Below are positions 47,275-55,739 of a stretch of 64,000 nt of DNA, piece by piece. The stretch lies in sequence record MT611523.1, one strand, 5' to 3'. The position numbers were made by a program, and so were the translations under genes. The number at the start of each line of letters is the position of its first letter. The stretch's first letter is position 1. The DNA is from Escherichia phage DK-13. Under the pieces are notes generated by a model. The model searched no databases. It saw only the letters and a program-made list of their open reading frames with translations, and was not told where the DNA came from.

Positions 47275-47620
47275 TACGAACCTCCTTAATAAATTCTTCG
47301 GCACATTTAATTTTGTGCTCTTCTTGTAGGGAAACACATTTTTGTTCCCACGCTTTAACTCGCCCACGATAACCTTTATTCATATGATTTTGATGCCACA
47401 CGTTTATCAATATCATGCTCAGGACTGTAATAAAAGGTGCTGCAATTATTAGTGACCAGGCGACTCCAACACTGATAATATCCATATCCCCACAAACCAC
47501 CATCATTATAACCCCAACAATGCACATGGACAAAGCTCCAAATGGAGGCATAAGGTCTTTATCAATCTTGTCTGCGTATACAAATTTTTCTGGTTTACTT
47601 GGCAGATATAACGTTCGCAT
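47261..47620 (-). CDS. Membrane protein
   Basis: Start at MRTLYLPSK; two TM helices; C-terminus EEFIKEVRNGTA. Confidence 0.45.
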   Translation of the reverse strand: MRTLYLPSKPEKFVYADKIDKDLMPPFGALSMCIVGVIMMVVCGDMDIISVGVAWSLIIAAPFITVLSMILINVWHQNHMNKGYRGRVKAWEQKCVSLQEEHKIKCAEEFIKEVRNGTA

Positions 47621-48167
47621 TTTGAACCCCTTTAGCATATTCACGACATTCAGCAATAAAACGATTAAGCTTACGTTTCCGTTTACGACCCTCTAATGTA
47701 TACTCAGCCGCCAAATCAAGAAGCTCATCTTTATCATAATTTTTAATATCAGTATAAGTTGGGCGGCGGTCAACCATTCCAAAGTGGTCACCATTTTCCA
47801 ACATCAAATAACACACCAAATGGTCATCATCGTCCGCATTAATAAGCTGCTTATAATCACTTGGTTCATTTAACGCATACACAGAATAACTCAGCCCAGC
47901 GAATTCCACTCGTTGAATACCCAGATTTACGTCAATAATTTCCAAGGCATCTGCAAAAGAAAGGTCTTCAGCTAAAGCAAAAATAAAAGGCAATTTGGTA
48001 GTATCGCCGCGACTTGTTGTTCTTCTTAAGAAATCATTGGAATAGCCCAAGTCGCGGCGGATTCTATAAAGAACTGTGTTAGTTTCAGTGGCAAGACCAC
48101 TACCGCCAAACCATTCCACATTTGATAAAAGATTATCATATAAAGTCATAATTTTCTCCTCTCCCAA
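47595..48167 (-). CDS. Hypothetical protein
   Basis: 190 aa; C-terminus contains NRFIAECREYAKG. Confidence 0.5.
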   Translation of the reverse strand: MGEEKIMTLYDNLLSNVEWFGGSGLATETNTVLYRIRRDLGYSNDFLRRTTSRGDTTKLPFIFALAEDLSFADALEIIDVNLGIQRVEFAGLSYSVYALNEPSDYKQLINADDDDHLVCYLMLENGDHFGMVDRRPTYTDIKNYDKDELLDLAAEYTLEGRKRKRKLNRFIAECREYAKGVQNANVISAK

Positions 48168-48191
48168 TTAGGGGGCTTTGCCCCCTTTATC

Positions 48192-48785
48192 TTACTTAAG
48201 TGAATTAATGTATTCTTCAATGTCAGCGGACGTGGTATCCACACCAACCTGTGGGCCTTTGAAGGTTTCAACACGCATCAGAGTGTCTTCAATATCAATC
48301 TTAGTCAATGCAGCGATTTCAACAACATCATCTGCAGTCGCAATACCCAGGGCAGATACCTTACGGGTTTCGCGGATGTATTCCAGTTTAACAGCTAGTT
48401 CCTGACGAGAATCATCCAACTCTTTAACTTTCAATTTAATTTCATTACGCATTTCAACATAATCATCTGCCTTCTTACGAAGTTGTTTAGCAGTACGACG
48501 ATACAGGAGACCCAGTTTAGCATGGACCTGGACATCCGCACCATCAGCAATCAGTTTGCGGATTTCACGCTCTTTTGAAGCGGCGAGTTGGTCTTTTTCA
48601 TTCGCTAACTCACGGATGCGTTTTTCTTCATTAACCGACTTAACGTGGGCGGTCTGGAGCTCAGTAATCTTGTCAATCAGGGTAGACGCTGCTTGAGTAT
48701 ATTGGTCTTCAATAGACAGATTTTTTGTCATTGCAGTACCCAGTTTGGAGCGGATGAATTCAACAAGTTTCTTTAAAGTATTCAT
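48192..48785 (-). CDS. Coiled-coil protein (possibly PspA/IM30-like)
   Basis: 197 aa, almost entirely heptad-rich, charged; resemblance to PspA is tentative. Confidence 0.45.
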   Translation of the reverse strand: MNTLKKLVEFIRSKLGTAMTKNLSIEDQYTQAASTLIDKITELQTAHVKSVNEEKRIRELANEKDQLAASKEREIRKLIADGADVQVHAKLGLLYRRTAKQLRKKADDYVEMRNEIKLKVKELDDSRQELAVKLEYIRETRKVSALGIATADDVVEIAALTKIDIEDTLMRVETFKGPQVGVDTTSADIEEYINSLK

Positions 48786-48862
48786 GGTATTTCCTTCAGT
48801 TGGTTAATATTTTATTATCCAATGTTTTATTGTGTAACTCAGTATGGAATCATTATGCCTTA
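48786..48862 (-). promoter_or_regulatory. PeSL-like early promoter cassette (family B) with stem-loop
   Basis: Hairpin GGGGG-TATACAAG-CCCCC, then CATAATGATTCCATACTGAGTTACAC leader. Confidence 0.45.
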
Positions 48863-48892
48863 AAGCAGGGGGCTTGTATACCCCCTTTTGAA

Positions 48893-49336
48893 TTAAATTT
48901 CAAATTCTTTGCGGAAGTTGGAAGCATAAGACTGAACTGATGCTTTGTTGAATCCAAACTCACGCACAATCATATCAATAACAGCTCTGCGAGCAGCACC
49001 ATTAGACATATTAACAGTTTTGAACATATCATAGCATAAATCTTTGTTGCTCATACCGGAGCGTTTAGGTGCCTTACGTTCAGCTTTTGGTTCAGTCTTA
49101 GGAGTAGGTTTAACTTCTGGTTTAACCTGTCCATCATTCAGACCTTTAAAAATTTTACCTGCCAGAGTTGCCAGTTTAGCAGCTTCGCCACGAGTGATAC
49201 CAAATACTGCCGGGTTAAATGAAATACCTTCAGCTGTCAGACGTTTGAAGAACATACGTGCGGCGGATTGTGCTTCAGCTTCAGAAGAGTTGTTTAATGC
49301 CAGTTTAATGTACTTAACCAGTTTTGAAGTTTTCAT
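48893..49336 (-). CDS. Hypothetical protein with conserved C-terminal domain (paralog A)
   Basis: 147 aa; C-terminal NGAARRAVIDMIVREFGFNKASVQSYASNFRKEF shared with 49789-50214. Confidence 0.5.
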   Translation of the reverse strand: MKTSKLVKYIKLALNNSSEAEAQSAARMFFKRLTAEGISFNPAVFGITRGEAAKLATLAGKIFKGLNDGQVKPEVKPTPKTEPKAERKAPKRSGMSNKDLCYDMFKTVNMSNGAARRAVIDMIVREFGFNKASVQSYASNFRKEFEI

Positions 49337-49409
49337 TTTATTATCCCGTTTGTTTATTTGGTAACTCAGTATGGAATCATTATGTCTTAGTTAAATTCCA
49401 AAGTACACA
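49337..49409 (-). promoter_or_regulatory. PeSL-like early promoter cassette (family B)
   Basis: Minus strand ...CATAATGATTCCATACTGAGTTACCAAATAAACAAACGGGATAATAAA then ATG. Confidence 0.45.
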
Positions 49410-49706
49410 TTAATTTTCAGAAGTTGGGAAATAAACTTCAAAGTCATACATGTTTACTACCGCAGACGCGATTGCCTGGTACTGCATACCTAAGAAAGTT
49501 TTCTTATTCTTGCGCCACAAGTTAACCATTTCTGTTTTGATGCATGCCAGGGAATAGTTGGATGCAGGATACTGTTTGATGATTGCAACAACTTCTTCAG
49601 AAGCAGTTTCACACAATTCATTCAGTTGAGCTTCAATTTTAGCAGAAATGATTGCTTTGTTTTCTTCTTGAGCTTGGGTAGCGTGCCATGCAGGTGCGTT
49701 AAACAT
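49410..49706 (-). CDS. Hypothetical protein
   Basis: 98 aa ORF. Confidence 0.45.
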   Translation of the reverse strand: MFNAPAWHATQAQEENKAIISAKIEAQLNELCETASEEVVAIIKQYPASNYSLACIKTEMVNLWRKNKKTFLGMQYQAIASAVVNMYDFEVYFPTSEN

Positions 49707-49788
49707 TTTATTCTCCAGTGTTTTATTTGGTAACTCAGTATGGGATAATTATACACTATCCCACCTGGAAGTAAAACACTTTTCTCAA
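49707..49788 (-). promoter_or_regulatory. PeSL-like early promoter cassette (family B)
   Basis: Minus strand ...TATAATTATCCCATACTGAGTTACCAAATAAAACACTGGAGAATAAA then ATG. Confidence 0.45.
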
Positions 49789-50214
49789 TTATTTTTGAGC
49801 TTTGCGGAAGTTGGAAGCATAAGACTGAACAACAGTCTTTTTGATATCATGGGTGTTAACCAGAACATCAATCAGGGCGCGGCGAGCTGCACCATCTGCC
49901 ATATCAATTTCTGCAAATGCCTGGAAGCAAATGTCGCGGGCGTTACCAGATTTAGACTGGATTTTTTCTTCTTTAACTTCTTCAATTGGGAATTCAATCA
50001 TTTCAGCTTGGATTAATTCAATGATAGATTCTTTTGACTGTTTGGTGTTTACCTTCAGTTCAGAATTAAGGGACTTGGCGATGGCAACAATCTGGGTTGA
50101 AGTCAGATGAATAAGTGCATCTTCACGAATGCAGATTTCACATACTTCGTCAGCAACCATTTTGTTGGTGATGCGGGTAACAGAGAATGCAGAGGTCAGG
50201 GTCAGAAAGTTCAT
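49789..50214 (-). CDS. Hypothetical protein with conserved C-terminal domain (paralog B)
   Basis: Start at MNFLTLTS; C-terminal DGAARRALIDVLVNTHDIKKTVVQSYASNFRKAQK. Confidence 0.5.
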   Translation of the reverse strand: MNFLTLTSAFSVTRITNKMVADEVCEICIREDALIHLTSTQIVAIAKSLNSELKVNTKQSKESIIELIQAEMIEFPIEEVKEEKIQSKSGNARDICFQAFAEIDMADGAARRALIDVLVNTHDIKKTVVQSYASNFRKAQK

Positions 50215-50295
50215 TTTATTTCTCCAAAGTTTTGTTTGATTCAGTGTGTAACTCAGTATGGAATCATTATGCATCCAGTCAATTCGGATGTACAC
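50215..50295 (-). promoter_or_regulatory. PeSL-like early promoter cassette (family B)
   Basis: Minus strand GTGTAC-N18-CATAATGATTCCATACTGAGTTACAC... Confidence 0.45.
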
Positions 50296-50331
50296 TACTT
50301 TTTGAAGAAAATTTCAAATTTATTCGGGGTA

Positions 50332-50354
50332 TAAAAAAGCCCGCATTGCGGGCT
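50332..50354 (-). terminator. Rho-independent terminator
   Basis: AGCCCGC-ATT-GCGGGCT hairpin followed on the minus strand by TTTTTT. Confidence 0.6.
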
Positions 50355-50355
50355 G

Positions 50356-50910
50356 TTAGTTCTTATAAAAGCGGAACGGATTTATATGAAAGGCGAGCAT
50401 AGCCTTAGGGATTGGTCGGGACAGAAGACTCTTGAGCTTCCAGCCACAATAAACGCGCAGATAAAAGGTGATTCCACCGACCTTGAGATAAGGAACAGAA
50501 GCAAAAACACCCCAGGCATTATCCGTCCACATAAAGAGCCATCCGTGATGAGCTTTATCCGGGGAGCCGGATTCAACATCAGGATTACCTTTATAATGGA
50601 ATTCTGAATTGCAATCACGACCGAGCTTGTGGTAAGCAAAATTGTATGCTTTGTTTCGCCAGAGCCAAGCCACTCGTTGGAAGTAAACACCTAACGGCCA
50701 TTTTCGGATTTTTGACCAACGCTCGATATGACCCCGGTCGCCATCAATCGGATTATCATAAGTCATCATCCAATCAAACCCGAACGGAAGTTTACCAGTC
50801 TTTTTATTATGGAACGGAACTACAAATGGAGCCAGGATAACGGCCAGAATCATGGAGATAAAATCCAGTGGAACTAACAGAATCCAACTCAAATATTTTA
50901 ACAGTTTCAT
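50356..50910 (-). CDS. Membrane-anchored protein (possible late gene)
   Basis: Start at MKLLKYLSW; N-terminal TM helix; Trp-rich; preceded by a TATAAATC late-promoter-like motif. Confidence 0.5.
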   Translation of the reverse strand: MKLLKYLSWILLVPLDFISMILAVILAPFVVPFHNKKTGKLPFGFDWMMTYDNPIDGDRGHIERWSKIRKWPLGVYFQRVAWLWRNKAYNFAYHKLGRDCNSEFHYKGNPDVESGSPDKAHHGWLFMWTDNAWGVFASVPYLKVGGITFYLRVYCGWKLKSLLSRPIPKAMLAFHINPFRFYKN

Positions 50911-50938
50911 ACGTTTCTCTTTAGTTGATTTATAAAAA

Positions 50939-50962
50939 AGCCCCAACCTTTCGGAAGGGGCT
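50939..50962 (-). terminator. Rho-independent terminator
   Basis: GC-rich hairpin GCCCC...GGGGC followed on the minus strand by a T-run, downstream of the gene ending at 51000. Confidence 0.55.
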
Positions 50963-50999
50963 ATACCTTGTCGGGGTTCCACCTGCAAGGCAAGTGTTC

Positions 51000-51383
51000 T
51001 TATCCGCGAGCGAATGCCATTGCAGCGCGTTCGTTGGCACGGTCAGTGATGTTCAAGAATTTATCACGAGCGATTTCGATTGGAGCACCAACCCAGTCAG
51101 CAGCACCATTACCTGGAGACTGTTTAGGGCGAACCATATAAGTTGAAACTTTGGAACCGGCTAGTTTGGCACCTGGTGCCGCGGCATTTTTAACGTCTTT
51201 AGCTTTGATGCCAAACCCAGTTACGATACCCCAAGAAACACCATTAACGGGTTTCTTGAACATAACACGGTCACCAATTGAAACACCGGCTTTTTCTGGA
51301 GCCACTAAAGAAAATTTGCCAGCTTCAGTCAGTACGGATTCGGTGATGGTATTGCGATTTAAAAATTCTGCATATGTAAGCAT
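51000..51383 (-). CDS. Internal-protein-like late protein (degenerate capsid targeting sequence)
   Basis: 127 aa; N-terminus MLTYAEFLN resembles the IP targeting sequence; exact late-promoter consensus 31 nt upstream; Ala/Gly-rich, locally GC-rich. Confidence 0.5.
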   Translation of the reverse strand: MLTYAEFLNRNTITESVLTEAGKFSLVAPEKAGVSIGDRVMFKKPVNGVSWGIVTGFGIKAKDVKNAAAPGAKLAGSKVSTYMVRPKQSPGNGAADWVGAPIEIARDKFLNITDRANERAAMAFARG

Positions 51384-51414
51384 TTTGTTTTTCCATTATT
51401 AGGGTTGTTGTTAA

Positions 51415-51422
51415 TATTTATA
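51415..51422 (-). promoter_or_regulatory. Late promoter (TATAAATA)
   Basis: Exact T4 late-promoter octamer TATAAATA on the minus strand, about 31 nt upstream of the ATG at 51383. Confidence 0.5.
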
Positions 51423-51620
51423 TTCCATAGTACCGGATGCACCATCCGCTCGGATTTCTCATACTACCGGGCGCACCGCCCGCTCTGGAAAAACTCCGTA
51501 AAAGGGTGCGCCGTTTCTGCTGTGATATAAGGGGACATCAACAAATCGTAAAGATTTATTAATGTCAGTCCTTAAACAGGGAACATCAGTCCGACGACTT
51601 ACCGGTAGCGACCCGGTTTC
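51423..51620 (-). ncRNA. Putative structured small RNA region (tandem hairpin repeats)
   Basis: GC-rich non-coding stretch next to the tRNAs; two about 34 nt direct repeats each forming a hairpin (CGGATG-CAC-CATCCG and CGGGCG-CAC-CGCCCG) with compensatory AT to GC changes; no convincing ORF. Confidence 0.3.
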
Positions 51621-51860
51621 TCATTCAATTGTAATAGCTAATTTGACTTTAACAACCTTATAATTGGAATCAAGGTCATTGAATTCCATAAAATTTGTTG
51701 CTAGTCTGCGAGTCGGGAAACTTAGATATTTATTATGTTCAGGTGGAGCAGTTAATGCAAACCATGGGACTTGTTTATCATTTTCGTCAAACTCATCAAA
51801 GCTATAAACCAGCTCGTTGCTGGTTATATCCATAACTGCATATGATTCACTAATAACCAT
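51621..51860 (-). CDS. Hypothetical protein
   Basis: Start at MVISESY to avoid overlap with tRNA-Arg; acidic. Confidence 0.4.
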   Translation of the reverse strand: MVISESYAVMDITSNELVYSFDEFDENDKQVPWFALTAPPEHNKYLSFPTRRLATNFMEFNDLDSNYKVVKVKLAITIE

Positions 51861-51875
51861 AATATCCTCAGTAAT

Positions 51876-51952
51876 TGGTCGGGGTGGTGGGATTCTAACC
51901 CACAACCTACGGTTTAGAAGACCGTTGCTCTATACAATTGAGCTACACCCCG
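51876..51952 (-). tRNA. tRNA-Arg (anticodon TCT)
   Basis: Hand-folded cloverleaf: acceptor CGGGGTG/CACCCCG, D stem GCTC/GAGC, anticodon stem ACGGT/ACCGT with loop CTTCTAA, T stem GTGGG/CCCAC, encoded CCA. Confidence 0.85.
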
Positions 51953-52028
51953 GGTGGCCCCATCCGGACTTGAACCGGAAACCTGCCAGTTATGAGCCGG
52001 ATGCTCTAACCAATTGAGCTACAGGGCC
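51953..52028 (-). tRNA. tRNA-Ile2-like (anticodon CAT; AUA-decoding after lysidine modification, or Met)
   Basis: Hand-folded cloverleaf: acceptor GGCCCTG/TGGGGCC, anticodon loop CTCATAA, T arm TCCGG-TTCAAGT-CCGGA; overall resembles E. coli tRNA-Ile2; abuts tRNA-Arg. Confidence 0.8.
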
Positions 52029-52033
52029 TAAAA

Positions 52034-52309
52034 TTAAATTACAAATCCAGCGGGAGCATTATCATCTTTAACCATATGCTGAATTGTATGATAAGTCATT
52101 TCTTCTGGTGCAACCAGATAAGCCGCCGTATTAACCAACGGGATTAATTTGACTTTATTGAATGTTGAACAACCAATTGACATAAAGGTTTCGCCTGTTG
52201 GATGCTGAATTTCTCCAAATTGACACTCGTACGAGATAGAGCAACGTTTGGTAGTGGTTGTCTTTGTTTTAGGGTCATAAAAAGCTAATTTTAATACTAA
52301 CATAAACAC
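52034..52309 (-). CDS. Hypothetical protein
   Basis: 91 aa ORF immediately upstream of the tRNAs. Confidence 0.4.
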   Translation of the reverse strand: MFMLVLKLAFYDPKTKTTTTKRCSISYECQFGEIQHPTGETFMSIGCSTFNKVKLIPLVNTAAYLVAPEEMTYHTIQHMVKDDNAPAGFVI

Positions 52310-52424
52310 CTCAAGTAAAATTAAGTAAAGTAAGTTTGATTAATAGCACATGCTATTATGAAAGATTCTTTGAGGGAAGAACCTTTGGTAATAGAGGGTA
52401 CTTATTAATAATAACGTGTTTTTG

Positions 52425-52907
52425 TTAAAGCATATCAAGCCCTTTAACAGATGGGATTCGGATTTCTTCTTCGATTATATATAGCTTAACATAAGAAATT
52501 ACACGCATGAAATCGCCATCATATTCGCAAGCCATACCAAGGAGCTCAGTAAGGGCTTCATTCAGGTAGTATGCTTCTTCATCATCATTCAGCAAGGCTT
52601 CCAAATCTGCAATACCAAGAACTTTATCCAAAAATTCATAAGTCAACTGGCCAGATTTTACGCCAGATGCAATGTGGGCGATAACCAAGTGTTTAACCAC
52701 ATCCCATTCTGAATTACCACATTTATTGCGGTTGTTACAATGCGAACCATGGAAAAGTTCCAGGATATATTTGTACTGTTGGATTTCTTGTTCTTCTACG
52801 CCAAATACCGTTTGGGTTTTATAGTTGTCACCATCATTTTCCCAGGTTTCAATTTCAATCACATAACCTTTAGGGATGGTCTGTCCAAATTTGATATTCA
52901 TTCGCAT
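52425..52907 (-). CDS. Hypothetical protein
   Basis: 160 aa ORF. Confidence 0.5.
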   Translation of the reverse strand: MRMNIKFGQTIPKGYVIEIETWENDGDNYKTQTVFGVEEQEIQQYKYILELFHGSHCNNRNKCGNSEWDVVKHLVIAHIASGVKSGQLTYEFLDKVLGIADLEALLNDDEEAYYLNEALTELLGMACEYDGDFMRVISYVKLYIIEEEIRIPSVKGLDML

Positions 52908-53287
52908 GTTCCTGCATCAACAATAGTATGTGTATTGGCATTGACAATCTGCCACCAGTCAAAACGGTTGGAACCATAACAAGGCTTCTTCTCGTTTTCT
53001 TTAATTATATCACGCAGTTCATCTTCAGTTGCAGCCTTCGCGATAAGGTCATCATAACCGCCACGAGGATAATAGCTATCACCAGCAAAGAGCAAAAAGT
53101 TTGTTTTGATATTCTTGAATTCTTCAAGAGTAATAACTGTTCCACCAGGTTGAACAATATCTACATAACTATATCCTAATTTCTGTGCTTCATTTACCGC
53201 TTCGAGCAGGGTGTCGTGTGCCCACCCAATTTGGCAATCTGGTTTTTCAGATGGATTTGCCTGATAATCCGCATACACTTTATACAT
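52898..53287 (-). CDS. Hypothetical protein
   Basis: Start at MYKVYADY to avoid overlap with the upstream ORF. Confidence 0.45.
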   Translation of the reverse strand: MYKVYADYQANPSEKPDCQIGWAHDTLLEAVNEAQKLGYSYVDIVQPGGTVITLEEFKNIKTNFLLFAGDSYYPRGGYDDLIAKAATEDELRDIIKENEKKPCYGSNRFDWWQIVNANTHTIVDAGTCE

Positions 53288-53288
53288 T

Positions 53289-53546
53289 TTACTCACCTTT
53301 AGAGATTTTATCCATAACGAAAGAGATTGAACCAATTAAAAATGCAACTACTAAAGAGATTATATTCTCAGAAGTTGAAAGCATATTCAACATAAAGCCA
53401 GCAAACATGCTAAAACCAAAAGCGGTAACAGCAACAAGGGCAGTAACATTTCTAATTAATTCGCAACGTTTCATTTTATTCTCCTCACTTTTTGATAGGT
53501 CTAGGTTATGATATACTAGACCAGTAACTGTTTTATTCAGCACCAA
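53289..53546 (-). CDS. Small membrane protein
   Basis: 85 aa, two hydrophobic helices. Confidence 0.45.
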   Translation of the reverse strand: MVLNKTVTGLVYHNLDLSKSEENKMKRCELIRNVTALVAVTAFGFSMFAGFMLNMLSTSENIISLVVAFLIGSISFVMDKISKGE

Positions 53547-53754
53547 CGGCTTTCAAAAGTTTTTTAAGGTTGACAATACCACGGGCAGAGAAAGTAACCT
53601 TACCACCTGTTTCAGATACAGAACCTGTAAGTTTTGCCAATTTATCATTTGGTAACTTTTTAAAATCCTTCAGTGTACCATCAAAAGTTTTAGATTGAAT
53701 CGGCAATTCGTCATGCATTTTAGCTTCGTTAATAAATTCTTGATACGTTTTCAT
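53533..53754 (-). CDS. Internal protein (capsid-targeted), array member 5
   Basis: 73 aa; N-terminus MKTYQEFINEA; own family-A promoter cassette upstream. Confidence 0.6.
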   Translation of the reverse strand: MKTYQEFINEAKMHDELPIQSKTFDGTLKDFKKLPNDKLAKLTGSVSETGGKVTFSARGIVNLKKLLKAVGAE

Positions 53755-53811
53755 TTTTTGACCCTCAGTAGTTGATGGGATAATTATACGCTATCCCATT
53801 TAAAAGTACAC
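53755..53811 (-). promoter_or_regulatory. PeSL-like early promoter cassette (family A) with stem-loop
   Basis: Minus strand GTGTAC-N17-TATAAT inside inverted repeat GGGATA/TATCCC, then leader ATCAACTACTGAGGG. Confidence 0.5.
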
Positions 53812-54066
53812 TTATTTTTTAGGGATACGATAGTAACGCATCTCAACATCTTTCTGCTTGTACCACTTTTTGATAAGGTCTTCAGAACCGCTAATAGTAA
53901 CGATGTCATAACGACCATCATGCGATACTTCAGCACTTAACTGCATGAAATTGTCCAGTGAACGACGGAATTCCTCATTGGAAAAACTGCCACGCGGCGA
54001 ACCAACATAAGCAAACTCAACTTTTGCATTTGCAGATTCAGTAATAAATTCTTGATAAGTTTTCAT
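53812..54066 (-). CDS. Internal protein (capsid-targeted), array member 4
   Basis: Start at MKTYQEFITES; own family-A promoter cassette upstream. Confidence 0.6.
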   Translation of the reverse strand: MKTYQEFITESANAKVEFAYVGSPRGSFSNEEFRRSLDNFMQLSAEVSHDGRYDIVTISGSEDLIKKWYKQKDVEMRYYRIPKK

Positions 54067-54122
54067 GTAGTCTCCAGTAGTTGATGAGATAATCATACTA
54101 CAGTTATCCCATCGCGTATACT
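54067..54122 (-). promoter_or_regulatory. PeSL-like early promoter cassette (family A)
   Basis: Minus strand ...GGGATAACTGTAGTATGATTATCTCATCAACTACTGGAG then ATG. Confidence 0.45.
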
Positions 54123-54365
54123 TTATTTTAAGTCTTCCAGACGTTTTTTCATCTTGGTGCCGTTCTTAGCAATTTCACCCGCGTCTGAACAAAGAGCAAG
54201 GAGAGCTTTAACTTTACCCTGGTCGCCTTTAAAAGATGATGCATCTACAGAATCGGCAAGTTCTTTGATACGTGCAAACAGGCGCTCTGCTTCAGCAAGG
54301 GCTTGACCAAGTTTAACTTCCATGCCATGGGAAGATTCTGTTATAAATGTTTGATAAGTTTTCAT
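54123..54365 (-). CDS. Internal protein (capsid-targeted), array member 3
   Basis: 80 aa; N-terminus MKTYQTFITES. Confidence 0.6.
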   Translation of the reverse strand: MKTYQTFITESSHGMEVKLGQALAEAERLFARIKELADSVDASSFKGDQGKVKALLALCSDAGEIAKNGTKMKKRLEDLK

Positions 54366-54373
54366 TTGAAGCC

Positions 54374-54646
54374 TTATTTAAGATAAATTGCATATTTTTT
54401 ATAACCAGCTGTCTCATGACGGAGACCCTTGTCATTGGCAAAACGCTCAATGTTATTAATTTGGTTCTGGTCAAGTTCTGAAATGTCAAACGCGAAAAAG
54501 TTGCGTTTGTTACCAATTGTTATATGGTCAGTCAAGTCAATGCTATACAGGTGATTGATATTGTCAATCATAGATTTGACTGCTTTACTAATTTTTACTT
54601 CTTCATTCAGTTGTGACTCGTTGAAAAATTCATTGAAAGTTTTCAT
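54374..54646 (-). CDS. Internal protein (capsid-targeted), array member 2
   Basis: 90 aa; N-terminus MKTFNEFFNES. Confidence 0.55.
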   Translation of the reverse strand: MKTFNEFFNESQLNEEVKISKAVKSMIDNINHLYSIDLTDHITIGNKRNFFAFDISELDQNQINNIERFANDKGLRHETAGYKKYAIYLK

Positions 54647-54654
54647 AAGAAACC

Positions 54655-54987
54655 TTATTTATAAAGTTTTGCCAGTTCTTTACGTCCACGAGCAGACATA
54701 ATAAATTGTTCATCGCCAATTTTAAAATATGCCATACCACCGTCAACAGCGATACCAATTTCTTTAGTACCTTCTTTGCCTTTCCACTTGCCACCAGATT
54801 TCAGGACAGCTTCAACTGCAGCTTTGGAATATTTGGACGTTTGAAAACGTTCATTACCAATCTGAAAGAAAACACCATCTGCATTTTTGGTTAAACCAAA
54901 TTTCAGAGAGCCTTCACTATCATCAATTGATTTAGTCTCATTGATGGCGGATTCAGCTAAAAACTCGTTGTAAGTCTTGATGTTCAT
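54655..54987 (-). CDS. Internal protein (capsid-targeted), array member 1 (ipI position)
   Basis: 110 aa; N-terminus MNIKTYNEFLAES; immediately downstream of acb1/57B, where T4 carries ipI. Confidence 0.55.
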   Translation of the reverse strand: MNIKTYNEFLAESAINETKSIDDSEGSLKFGLTKNADGVFFQIGNERFQTSKYSKAAVEAVLKSGGKWKGKEGTKEIGIAVDGGMAYFKIGDEQFIMSARGRKELAKLYK

Positions 54988-54999
54988 TTTAACTCCGTT

Positions 55000-55027
55000 T
55001 GTTCGTTAGTGTAGGTGCATAATACTG
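55000..55027 (-). promoter_or_regulatory. Perfect 11-bp-stem hairpin between acb1 and the IP array
   Basis: GTGTAGGTGCA-GTATTAT-GCACCTACAC on the minus strand; no U-run after it, so probably an RNA processing or stability element rather than a terminator. Confidence 0.4.
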
Positions 55028-55047
55028 CACCTACACTCATTTGTATA

Positions 55048-55738
<691 letters not shown>

Positions 55739-55739
<1 letters not shown>

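Noticed and set aside
54656-54663. Exact TATAAATA late-promoter octamer on the minus strand
   Set aside because: It is the LYK-stop coding end of the upstream IP gene and sits only 9 nt from the next ATG, leaving no room for a transcript start plus RBS.
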